The notes under the pieces were generated by a model. It saw nothing but the letters and a program-made list of their open reading frames with translations. It was not told the DNA's origin and made no database searches. A stretch of 48,844 nucleotides of DNA, filler included, from Catajapyx aquilonaris (taxonomy: Eukaryota), in assembly GCA_000934665.2 (NCBI GenBank). It is 2 parts of 2 records of this genome, joined end to end, with 100 filler letters (N's around TTAATTAATTAA, not from the genome) between each part and the next. Parts side by side here need not be neighbours in the genome. Positions count along the whole stretch, not along the records: positions 24,479 to 48,844 come from JYFJ02005528.1; 1 more part is not named here. One strand, 5' to 3'. The number at the start of each line of letters is the position of its first letter. Positions within the stretch are counted from its first letter, which is position 1. Shown here piece by piece: positions 38,401 to 48,615 of this stretch. The translations under genes and the position numbers were made by a program.

Positions 38401-40653
38401 TACATGGCCACCTTGTAGGGCTGTTCGATATTTCGATACATCGACTGTCGATATGATACTTTTCGATGTCGGTTTTCGATATTTTTCGATTTCGCTTCGA
38501 TGTCAGTTTTCGATGTCGGTTCGATGTCGGTTTTCGATGTCGGTTTTTCGATTTTCGATATACCGACTTCGATTCGATATTTTTAAGTATCGAAAGTCGA
38601 TATGCAATTTCGGATATAGCACATCCCTACTACCTTGTTAAGACAGACATGATGATATTAAATTATAAACTTGGTTCTAAGACACTTATTGTCTAATATT
38701 ACATCTTGTGGTTTAATTGCCAAGACAATATTCTCAAAAAAATTTGATCAACAAGATTTTGGCGGTGAATTTGATGGCAAATTTCACGCTCCAACTTCAC
38801 CTTTGCGTCACATTTTTTTCTCTCTCTCTTCTTTCTCTCCAATAACCACATCGTGCTTTAGGCAAACTTGTCAAGTAATTCCTCTCTTGGAGACGACGTG
38901 GCAAAGGCTTCCTTTTTGATCACCTCTTTGATCATTACGTCACTTAAAAGGAGGCGAATATTGGGTGCGCTGCTCTTATTCTCACGCTCGAGCTGGCGTC
39001 ACTTTCTTTCCCTTTTTCACATTTTCCGCTTCCCAAAAAATGACACTTTTTTTTCTTCGTCTTTTCCTTTTTGGAAATAAGGAGTTCCCCACATGTCTTG
39101 AAAATTTCCCCAGACACACTTCCGTAATTACTTTTTTTCTAGTATGCCCTTTGAAGGTGTCGCAAAATGAGATTTAGGTTGAAGTTATTAGCATGTCGAA
39201 TTTTTTTATAGATCAGATGAGATTTTTTTGAAATTTAACCTGTAGGTGATCAAAGCTAGGTTTTTGATTAAAATTAATTTTTAAACTAAATTGGCTCTTG
39301 TACTATTCATTAAAGGGCATAGGTAGCGGTTTAATTGCCGAGGAGTTGATACGAACTGATGGATAAAAATTGTGAGAAACTGCAGAAGATTGTTGATGAC
39401 TATAGACAGTTGTACCGATTGATGTACCGACTTGGAGATTGTATTTTGTGATCAACAAATACCGTCTACAAGTCAGTGCTGTAGACGTCCAAGTCGGTAC
39501 ATAAATAGGTACTATCGGTCCAGTGGCGGATCTAGACGTCTTTGTGAGTGTGTGTGTGTGTGGGGGGGGTGATTTGTCGCCGCCCCCCCCCCACCCCCCA
39601 AAGCAAGTAAGCCCGCCGCAGGCGAAATTTTTTTAAAACTATGTAAGCACATTGGATAAAAGCAAGTAAAATTCAATTATTTTCTGTTTCTTGCTTCAGC
39701 TTGGGGGGGGGGGGGGTGACCCCCCCCACCCATAGATCCGCCACTGTATCGGTCTCAATTAGTCTCGGCCACTTTATCCTGGTCTTGAAGCAACCCTGCA
39801 CACACCTCACCGTGTGGCCTGTGCGAAGGTTGCTTTAAGACCAGGATAAACTAATGGAGACGAGGAGACCGATAGTACATTTGTGAAGTACTATTATCAA
39901 GTCAGTACATCTGAACTGACCCTAGTACAATCATCACAATGCAATGTACCGATTCACGTACCGACTTGGACGTCAAGTACCGTATACCGTACTGACTTGA
40001 AGACGGTTTGTGTTGATCACAAAATGCCACATCCAAGTCGGTACATGAATGAATACATAAATTACAGATTTAAGAATACACTGAAATGTTTAAATACCAA
40101 AAACTGGTCCTAAATAGAAGGAAACACGATAATTCAATTTTTGAAAAATCGACTGATTTATTAGCAACATAGATTTAACTATACTGTAAACTGCAAAGCA
40201 TTAAAAGAGCATCAACCATGGAGAATTTTTTCAAAATGCTCTCGTGATGATTTTTTGTTGCTTAAAAGCATCACAAACCCCCAAAAGAACATTTCAAGAG
40301 CATTACAAGATCATTAAACATTGATGTTCCATGGTACACTCAGTAGTGATGCTCTTTTAATGGTTTGCAGTGTAGATACTGATTGATGGAAAGAAACATG
40401 ACCTATGACATGAGGTCACTTACCACTCCACTTCCGGCTCCCTTGAGCGCGCAGGGAAGCGCGGCAGTGCTGCCAATCTGCGCCGTGACCACAGTAGAGT
40501 TGGCTGTCACAAAGACGTGTTCAGATTTCTCCCTTGTTGACCCCAAAGTGTTACCCTGGGAAGTACCTTTGGACCCTGCACCTGACCCTCGGTCACCCCT
40601 ATGACCTTCGTAGCTCCGTTGATGTCGCCGTTGAACATGGGCTATGCTGGGAC
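29415..40653 (-). CDS. dpr: Dpr-family two-Ig-domain neuronal adhesion protein (dpr13-like), 5' partial; exons 40653-40424, 32734-32633, 32059-31951, 30329-30045, 29557-29415
   Basis: Phase-consistent GT-AG exons give ...[148 protein letters not shown] followed by a hydrophobic C-terminus. The signal-peptide exon was not found. Paralogue identity is uncertain. Confidence 0.93.
29575..30012. repeat. AACGGTCA/ACCGTTAC minisatellite filling the last dpr intron
   Basis: About 22-bp units such as CCGTTACAACGGTCACTGCCAA; the same family recurs at 33025-33170. Confidence 0.85.
30463..30491 (+). mobile_element. Degenerate Helitron 3' terminus
   Basis: TACGTGCGAAGAACGGGTATTCTGCTAG|T, resembling the end at 24547. 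Confidence 0.5.
31120..31940. repeat. GC-rich minisatellite (GGTATCGCGAATACCTGAAAAGTGC-type subunits) interrupted by a SINE
   Basis: About 21-23-bp subunits with a higher-order 108-bp duplication at about 31215-31390. Confidence 0.8.
31630..31883 (-). mobile_element. tRNA-derived SINE, family B
   Basis: TGGCCGAGATGG and GGTTCGATC boxes; 12-bp TSD GTACTTTGGTAT at 31618-31629 and 31884-31895. Confidence 0.85.
33204..33430 (+). mobile_element. tRNA-derived SINE, family E, with an alternative tail
   Basis: Head and body like 17286-17500; (AAAC)n end; 10-bp TSD CGTAGGTTAC at 33194-33203 and 33431-33440. Confidence 0.8.
33950..36060. repeat. Composite repeat element: AACGG(T/C) array plus inverted/tandem end modules plus a TAGTACATAGAAC minisatellite
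   Basis: CTAG..GGCGCGTCAGTTATGGCGGACGTAACGGT at about 33952-33988 is inverted in three modules near 34890, 35090 and 35840; AACGG array at 33980-34250; 13/15-bp minisatellite at about 35225-35690. Confidence 0.7.
37760..37901. mobile_element. Hairpin MITE (TA-flanked); related copy at 39512-39876
   Basis: CTATGGGGCTCAAATTG.TTTGGCCACTTTATCCTGGTCTTGAAGCAACCCTT and its inverted copy; embedded in GTACCGACTTGG fold-back repeats. Confidence 0.75.
37997..38201. mobile_element. Tc1/mariner-type MITE
   Basis: TA|CAGGGTGTTTCAACTTTTTTGTCCGAACAGTTA ... TAACTGTTCGGACAAAAAAGTTGAAACACCTTG|TA. Confidence 0.85.
38416..38629. mobile_element. hAT-type MITE with TCGAT subrepeats
   Basis: TAGGG...CCCTA ends; 8-bp TSD CCACCTTG/CTACCTTG. 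Confidence 0.75.
39521..39746. mobile_element. hAT-type MITE
   Basis: CAGTGGCGGATCTA...TAGATCCGCCACTG; perfect 8-bp TSD TATCGGTC. Confidence 0.9.
40189..40372. mobile_element. TA-flanked MITE
   Basis: ACTGCAAA.CATTAAAAGAGCATCA ... TGATGCTCTTTTAATGGTTTGCAGTG. Confidence 0.7.
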
Positions 40654-41364
40654 CTGTCCAACAAGATAAAAGAGAAAGGGAAAATATTGAATCCCAATAT
40701 GTGGCCAATGCATTGTCAAATTATACTAGGTCGCGTTAATGTTTCAGAGCGGAAAACCCGCTTTAAATGATAATCGATGGGACCAGAGGACATGGAACCT
40801 CAGACACGAAAGAGGCGAGATAGATTGCACACTTTACAAGCGGGCCCGACGTACCCATTGTGCCAGAGGCGGGTACGATACACCCGCTACATGTCACTGG
40901 AATTGTATAGCGGCACGTAATAAACGAGTGCTTATTGAGTCACTTCTAATGACCTACCTCTCATGACAACCCGTTGTTCGTCGAGCACGTTTCTTTTTTA
41001 TTTGAAACCAGAAAATCGACTGTTGTAGGTTCGTTAATGGCATCACGAAAGATGTTGCTAATTTAGAGCTGTCTCTAGTATCAAGTGTCCCAAATCACTC
41101 GTCGGTTGTCTGTGGGGTGAGAATCCATCCGTCTTGTAGCTACGACTCTCATGGGTGCATCTGAGGTGGCAAGACGGACGTCCTCTTCCGACGAAACTCT
41201 CAATGGGGGCCACTTTGGGAAATTCCTCACGTGCAGAAAACCCTCTCCTCCAAAGGAACTTGGTAAATCCTTTTTGCCCTTTTTTCAGCCCACCAACTAT
41301 CGATCCTGATATGAGTCCTCCCACTAATGCTAAGCCAAAAGGGTTGAGGAACGGGTGGAAAATT

Positions 41365-42300
41365 AACCGTCAAGATGTGACCGTTAACTGTCCGAACCAA
41401 AATGCCCAAACAAGATACGACCGTTTATAACAGTCCAAGCCGGGTGGCCGTAAACTGTCCAAGCCGGGCGACCGTTAGCTGTCAAACAAGGGGGTAATCA
41501 CTTCGGTACTCCGGTGTACACCTGGGAGTGGTACTCCCTGGTACTCCTCAGGCACTTCACTCTTTATTACTCCGTGGTACTCCTTGAATTTGGTACTCCA
41601 GTGAACACTTTTCAGTCGAGTGATTACCCCCTTGCTGTCAAAGATGCACGACCGTTAACTGTCCGAACAAAAATGTTCAAGCTGGGCGACCGTTAACTGT
41701 TCAGATCGAGTGACTGTTAACTGTCCGAGTAGAAATCTCCAAACAAGAGACGGCCGTTAACGGTTCAAAGTGAGATGACCGTTAACTGTCCGAACAACAA
41801 TGTCCAAACAATCTGACCGTTAATGATATAAGGTGAGATGACCGTTAACTGTCCGAACAAAAATGTCCAAACCAGATTCTAACCATTAAAAATTCATCCT
41901 GGATGACCGTTAACTGTCCTAAATGGGCGGACGTTAACTGCCAAAGCTACAGGATCGTTAACTGTCCATGGTGACTAACTCTCCGAACAAAAATGTCAAA
42001 GCGACCGTTACCGGTTCAAGCCGAGTGACTGTTAACTGTCCGAGTAGAAAAAATCTGAACAAGAGACGGCCGTTAACGGTTTAAGGTAGATGACCGTTAG
42101 CTCTCCGAACAAAAATGTCCAAACAATCTGACCGTTAAATGATTCAAGGTGAGATGACCGTTAACTGTCCGAACAGAAATGTCCAAACAAGAATCTGACC
42201 GTTATAAATTCAAGCTGGACAACCGTTAACTGTCCAAGCCGGACGACTGTTAACTATTCAAGCTGGGCGGCCGTTAAGTCCAAGCTCCGCGACCGTTGAC
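41365..42300. repeat. GACCGTTAACTGTCC minisatellite with a higher-order duplication
   Basis: Dozens of GACCGTTAAC(T/G)GT units; about 41710-41900 is repeated at about 42025-42220. Confidence 0.85.
41487..41634. mobile_element. P-element-like MITE
   Basis: TIR CAAGGGGGTAATCACT / AGTGATTACCCCCTTG; perfect 8-bp TSD CTGTCAAA. Confidence 0.8.
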
Positions 42301-43739
42301 GGTTCAAGCTCTGGCGACAGGTCCAAACAAGTCCAAACAAGACCGAGCAAGCCCAGGACGGATCAGTGTTGCCACCAGACTTCAGGTTAATCCCAGAACC
42401 CTCCCAACACAATGATTAAAGGCATTCGTGTGCTTCCCCCGTGAGCGATGCCTTCTCTTTTCCGCCTCATTCCCTACCGGCATTAAGATTCGTTCTTTCA
42501 CGCTGCTGGATCTCCGCCTCGGGGCCGCAGCGGGTTCCAACAGAACAATAAACATTGCGCAACAACGGATGGCAGGAAGAGTTCACACTTATCTTGTCAT
42601 GGTGGTTGCACTTTCGGGCCATCGATTTGGGCAGAGGTATAGCAGAGCGGGCTTCTTAAGCCCTTCTAGAATGAGTCTAGCGTCCGGCTTCCGTGATTCT
42701 CAAAAATCTGAAGTTAAGGAAACAGTTTCTAGGAGAGGGAGTCGAAAAAACATTGGACATCGATTTTGGAAGAGGGGAGTGGAGGGTTTTTCCTTCTTTT
42801 TTTTACCTCCCTTGTTTTCGGCCTTATAATTCCGTTTCGCGTGAGACGTAATGACAGAGGCGCTCGCCATGCCAATGCGCAGTTGCCCTTCAATTTGAAT
42901 CAATCGTGGTGTGTCGGGTCTAGGCATTTCTCAGCTGGCTCAAAGTCAGCTTTGTGAGGGACGAAAAACATTTGAAGCCTCTCAACAAGCGACGTAGTCT
43001 CACGAAACTCACTTTCTTGGACACTTTCGTCTACGTCGTGACTTGATATCATTAGTTACTCGAACCCACAAATGCACGGCTTGTTTTCTGTTGGACTACT
43101 AAATTAGGTTCTGAAATTGAAGCCGCTTAAGTTTGGGGGCGCTGGTATCATTTACGGTCGTTTCGTTCTATTGGGGTCACCTGATATGGGGTCAACGCCT
43201 TTCAACTTCAATTGCTCGGCAGCTGGCAATTTACCTGATGCTTATTGTCATGCATTATGACCATTACATTCGTGTAATTCGGCTCGAAAGTGCCTATTAG
43301 GACTCTGAACCATAATGAACAACAATTTGGCGTGTGATTACATTGACAATGTAATAATTCCACAATGAGCAAGATGTAATCCTCACAATACTTCAATAGA
43401 GTAAGTTGTCCGATTTGATCTCTTTTCAGAAGTAGGTGTTACTATAGGCCATCAATACCTCAATTTGACACAAGATCGGCAAATCACGCGAGAGTCATTC
43501 GAGTAAAAAATTTCTCATTCTTTCAAGTTTGAGCATGTGAATTGAGATATCGATACCGAGATATCGTAACCTATTCAGGGTATCGGCCTGGGCGACAACA
43601 TCATGGCGGCCGAGGATACGCATTGCAAACATGCCCAACGTAAGGAATTAATTCCACACCTCCTGTGCCAGAACGCCAGGTAAACCCCTGGGTAAATCCA
43701 CGATACACTTGGTCAGGAACCAACGGAAACTAATTACGA

Positions 43740-43985
43740 TATCCAACGATAACCCGCCGGTAAAGTAGACTTGTGCGGATAGTGGGCCCGGAAAACCGGA
43801 AGTGGCGGATTACCGGAAGTTGACCATGAAACCTACTTAGGTCACGATGAATCCGAATCCGAAAACAGTTTGTCGTTATCTCTTGCGGTTTAGGCCATGA
43901 TACCTGTTCACAGACAGACAGACGGATGAAGAAAGTCTAAAAGAGATAAGAGCTCCGTTCTCTCTAACTGGGTGACGCTAAAAAG
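43740..43985 (+). mobile_element. Helentron/DINE-like non-autonomous element
   Basis: ACCGGAAGT repeats, GAATCCGAATCCGAA, (CAGA)n microsatellite, 3' end ...CTAAAAA; layout recalled from DINE-type elements. Confidence 0.5.
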
Positions 43986-43999
43986 TCTAAAAGAGACGT

Positions 44000-44345
44000 G
44001 AGTAGGATGGAAAACCTTGTCCTTATACCAGTCCGGATGTAGTAGACCTTGCCTTATGCCAGTCCGGATATAGTAAATCTTACCCTTATGCCACTTCTGA
44101 TATAGTATGCCATAGTCTCACACCAGATGATCCCTGACGTTATTTTAACGACTTTTACGTCAATTTAACGACTTTTAACTTCAATTTTACGTCAAGAAGT
44201 GTAACGACTATTGTACCGTTGAGACGATAGTTTGATGTGAAATTGACGTAAAGTCGTTAAAATAACTTCAGGGACCATCTGGCGTGGGACTCTGGTCTAC
44301 TATATCCGGACTGGCATACGGGCAAAGATTTCCATACCGGTACTA
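44000..44345. mobile_element. Palindromic MITE-like element
   Basis: ATGCCAGTCCGGATATAGTA / TACTATATCCGGACTGGCAT and TCCCTGA.GTTATTTTAACGACTTT / AAAGTCGTTAAAATAAC.TCAGGGA. Confidence 0.65.
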
Positions 44346-45456
44346 CTGACGTGGTATGCTTCACCTATTCGTCTATAGGTTGCTGTTTTCCATTTCATAG
44401 GGAAAAATACTGTACAACAGAAATTCAACCAAAATGAACGCGAGATATGCAGGTCATAAATTAATTTTTTAACCAGTAACCTTTAAAAAGCACAATCAAA
44501 TTTTCAGATCATTTTATTACTCTTCAGTCCCAGAGGCCAATATGAATTTTTCACAATTTTTGCTCCAAAAAAGAGATGTCCCATTGTGGACCAATGGTTC
44601 TGAAGCGCTGATTAATTTGTAGATCGACCCTTTTCGCTTCCCCCTTTTTTATTTGCTCACTTGAGTCAACTCGTGGCTCCCTCTCTCCACAAAAAAAAAT
44701 CTAGTCGAATAATAAACAACTGCCTCCCTTATTTGCTTAATGCTCACTTCATTCCCGTTCCAATTCCAGGAGCTGCAGTTGTTATACTTGCCTGCAGCCG
44801 TTTACTTCATTTTTTCTCTGTATACTTCTCCTTTGTCTCCCAGAGCGACTCTCCACAAAAGCTTTCTTTTGCATCCAAAAGAATAAATTTTTATCTTGCT
44901 GGACCATGAAATTGGATTTTGCGCGGTGGTGGCCTATTGTCTTTTGAGGAGGAAAAGGAAAAACCTCTTTTTGTCAATCCACCACTTCTCTTATTTTGGG
45001 ACCTTCGCCATTTTTTATTGTTATGTCGCAACCGCTACGGGTTTTTTTTTCTCCAGGGAAGAGCCAACATGGCACAATCAGAAAATTGAGTTATGCCACG
45101 TTTGACCTGCTCACTCACGTTTCTATCTGTTGATTTGGAATGGCGTCTATGGGGCACAAGCACGCGACTCTGAATAACAACTCACTTTGCCGCAGCCCCT
45201 AACGCTTGTGCGTATGAAAATTTCTTCGTGACTATCTGTAGACTACATCTTTATACGCAACAGGTTCTGACGAGCTACAATTGGCCATAAGCAATGCCAA
45301 CAGTGAAACTTTTGTGGTGAAAAAGTTAACCGAAACATATGACAGTATACAGTTCCAAGTTCGTGGGTCGCTCTTTGTTGTCACTTATATCGTCCGAAGT
45401 ACAGTAGTTATTTGTGTGTAGTTTGTTGTGTCCAGATCCAGGTGCCTCAGTACACT

Positions 45457-46105
45457 TTATAATTGATATACAGGGTGTATCTGAACTCAGTGCCCCGACG
45501 TATATGACTGCCTTCCTAGCCACCATAGGATCGATTTAAGTATAGGAGTCATTATGTTTGGCCGCCGCATTACGGAGATAATTGGCCGCAAACATGTAGT
45601 ACAAAATATCCTGTCGGTTAGGCCACCCATCGAACCCTCCCCCAGTCAGAAGGCTCTGGAAGGTCTGGGGGCGAGACTTTGGTGGTTTGTTGCCCACAGG
45701 TGGTAAGGCCTCTTTGGCTAGTTACACCAGAAAATTCTATTTAAAAGTCAGAAGGAGCGATTAGGCAAAAATCGCTGAAGAGTGTATCTCTGTAATGAGG
45801 CTGCCCGGACATATGACTCCTATACTTAAATCGATCCTCTGGTGGCTAGGAAGGCAGTCATATACGTCGGGGCACTGAGTTCAGATACACCCTGTATAAG
45901 GAGGTTGGCCCAGCATTCCCTTTCAACCTCCAAGGATCGGGAAGGAAGCGGATGTGGCCTATTATACGGAAGCGACCCCGGAATTATCCTAGAAAGACCG
46001 TGGGAAACCACAGAAAACCACGGTCAAGGTTGCCGGCCCCGGGATTAGAACCCAGGACCTCCCGATTAGCAGTCGGACGCCTTATCCACTATGCCAACCT
46101 GCTTC
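45457..46105 (-). mobile_element. tRNA-derived SINE, family A, with an alternative tail, interrupted by a MITE
   Basis: Head and body match 5720-5885; 16-bp TSD GGTGCCTCAGTACACT at 45441-45456 and 46106-46121. Confidence 0.8.
45471..45894. mobile_element. Tc1/mariner-type MITE
   Basis: TA|CAGGGTGTATCTGAACTCAGTGCCCCGACGTATATGACTGCCTTCCTAGCCACCA ... inverted copy |TA; TIRs about 85 bp. Confidence 0.9.
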
Positions 46106-46117
46106 GGTGCCTCAGTA

Positions 46118-46572
46118 CACTACTGTACTCCCGATTATCCGGGCTAATGGCTCCACGGATAATCGGAAAATGGTACTGGATACCGTAAAATGAGCTATTC
46201 ACCACAGGTTTTAATGAACAACTCTTTACACACTATATTATGCTTTAAATGAGATTTAATCAAAATTAGAAAAATTGCCATATATTTTTAGTTTGTATTA
46301 TGGAAAAAGTCTTATTTTCATTCATTTATTTATTTTTAAAGTTACCCCGTGATAAGGCTGAGCCTTTTTACGGGGGTGGAATACCACCATCAGTTTTCTA
46401 GTAACTGTGTACTATCTTTTCTTCGCTCACCAGTGCAAGGCGACAGGGACATGGGTAAGGATAAGGAAGGTCTTATATTTCTTTGTTTACGAGACAATTT
46501 GATATTTTTCTAACTTTTCCTTATTTTAGCCATGCGCGGATAATCCGCACCCGGATAATCGGGAGTACAGTG
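46118..46572. mobile_element. Tigger/pogo-like MITE containing a 5'-truncated SINE (about 46320-46470)
   Basis: CTGTACTCCCGATTATCCGGG ... CCGGATAATCGGGAGTACAGTG|TA; SINE tail at 46344-46390. Confidence 0.7.
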
Positions 46573-46923
46573 TACAGTATATTATTTTAATACAGTATAT
46601 AACAATACTGGCAAATCACGAGAGCGTGATTCTAGTAGACTTTTTCTAATTGAGCAGTGGGAAATGAGGCTGACAACTGCGTTGAAATTGTTAGATTTGT
46701 GACCGATACGACAGGATGCGATGAAGGGTTATTCATTTACCTTTTTTGCATACACGGACTACCCGAACTACCCTCGTACTACCTACGAAGGTGTACACGG
46801 ACTACCCATATTGGATGCGATTCTAATTGGACAACAATGACATAGAATGTTGTTAGACTTATTTCCCGTTGCCAAGAAACTCAAGAAAATAATTTCTATA
46901 AGGTTGGAATTACGTACACCTGA

Positions 46924-48615
46924 GGGGATAGCGTGACGTAAAATGTCAGCAAAGTGTTGGTTAGGTTGAGGACGGAATAGAGAACAATATTCCCGCCACT
47001 TTTAACGGCTAAATATAACGGAAAATTTGTGCTCCAATTTTAACTAAAATTTCCAGCAATTTATAACAGCCTTTTCTGATCACTTTCAACGGAAAATACC
47101 TGCCAATTTTAACCGTCATAAATAACCGACAAATGGAATGGAAAATTCGCCCCAATTTTAACGGAAATTAACGGCCATTGTGTAAAGACAGACGCACTGT
47201 ACATAGCAAGCGGTTATTCACTAAGGGTAGTCCGTGTACACGTTCGTAGGTAGTCCGACGATAGTCTGGTGTAGTCCGAGGGTAGTCCTTGTAGTCCATA
47301 TACGCAAAATATGTAAGTGAATAACCACTTGGCCGTACTACAAGACTTTTTTTTTCTTTTTCGATGAGAATGAGTCTAAAAATTGGCCTCAAAGCCAATC
47401 GGGGTCCGGATTTTCCTATCGACACTTTAACTACCGCTATCTCCAGTCAGGGCTATTGACCTCTTTCATGAGAGAAAGGGATGGCGATTAAGGCCGGAAT
47501 AAACGGATATCGACTATCACTGGGAGTGGCTGCCTTTCCTTATAGCCAAGCCAATTTCTCCAATAGCCTGCTGAAATCCCTTAATATTTCTTATAGACCC
47601 CAAACATATGCTTCCTACAGTAGTTGTGTGTGGGATTGTACTACTTTCAAAATTATTTAACGTCCCTAGCCTATTTACTTTTTGATTCGCATCTCCCGCC
47701 CACGCTAACTTGACTGACACCTACCGGTAGCGTACCCGACATTCTATTCAATATTTGATAGCCAGAATTTACCAACTTGAAACATACTGCAAATCGTGAC
47801 TTCACCCTTTATGTAATAGGCATAGCCCTGGTGCATAGATATCGAGCGGGATGGCGCTAGGCTAACTTGTAAGTCGATTACAACCCAGGTCGCTTTGATC
47901 GTCCAAGCGAACGTCTAAAGTTGCGCCAGGTGTCGGCTGCAAACAGAGGACACCCAGAAAAGACCCCGGATGCTGTCTCATCGACAAGTCGCAGAAGGAC
48001 TAGCGCACTTTTTGTAGACGCTAAAAAAACTAGGCCTAATAAAAATAAACGGCTTGTCGTGCAGGCTGACGCACGCTAAGTCTCGCGTGAGATAAGGACG
48101 CATTTCGCCACCTGCTGATCGCTAGGTCCTTAGAAGGTGCTATATTCATGCGTGTTCTAACTTCAGGTCACTGTCTGACTTGTTACGTTTTTATAGACAC
48201 CCCCTCCCACCAGCCAAAAAATGGCGGGGATATTTACGAGCCTATGAGCTGAGGGATGTTGACGGTTGGAGCGCGTATCACAACGGTTTCTACTCGTTCA
48301 TTCTCGTTTAATTAAACAAAATTCACGCTTCGATGGTGCATCTGGGCTAGGACCCAACCGGGGAGGGGGCGGGGATGGGGTGAGGGGGAAGTATAAATAT
48401 TTCATAGTGCCTATCACCTATCTGCGGCTCGACACTACATTGATTCGAACTGTTGGGGGTCATGGCTAGGTTTGAATTAGACCTTAGGGGATAGCGTGAC
48501 GTAAAATGTCAGCAAAGTGTGGGTTAGGTTGAGGACGGGCTTCATAATAGAGAGAAAAATATTCCCGCCGTTTTCAACGGAAAATAACCGCCACTTTTAA
48601 CGGGAAATAACGGTC
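46924..48615 (+). repeat. Dispersed direct repeat (about 50-bp head followed by an AACGG array), copies at about 46924 and 48486
   Basis: AGGGGATAGCGTGACGTAAAATGTCAGCAAAGTGT.GGTTAGGTTGAGGACGG occurs twice, each time followed by TTTAACGG units. Confidence 0.7.
47207..47331. mobile_element. P-like MITE with GGTAGTCC subrepeats; related pieces at 29760-29829 and 46725-46808
   Basis: TIR CAAG(C/T)GGTTATTCACT; no clear TSD. Confidence 0.5.

Noticed and set aside
40654..40708. Apparent signal peptide MATYWDSIFSLSLLSCWT at the start of the dpr ORF
   Set aside because: Non-ATG start; the sequence is the polypyrimidine tract and AG acceptor of the intron.
31120..42300. Regular short repeats that look CRISPR-like
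   Set aside because: Degenerate tandem units without unique spacers; no cas genes; eukaryotic context.
42440..42610. Candidate first exon of dpr (ACCACCATG at about 42600)
   Set aside because: The ATG is followed by a stop after three codons, and no signal peptide with a phase-1 donor was found.
5805..46105. tRNA-like sequences with A and B boxes at several sites
   Set aside because: They are SINE heads followed by bodies, tails and TSDs, not tRNA genes.
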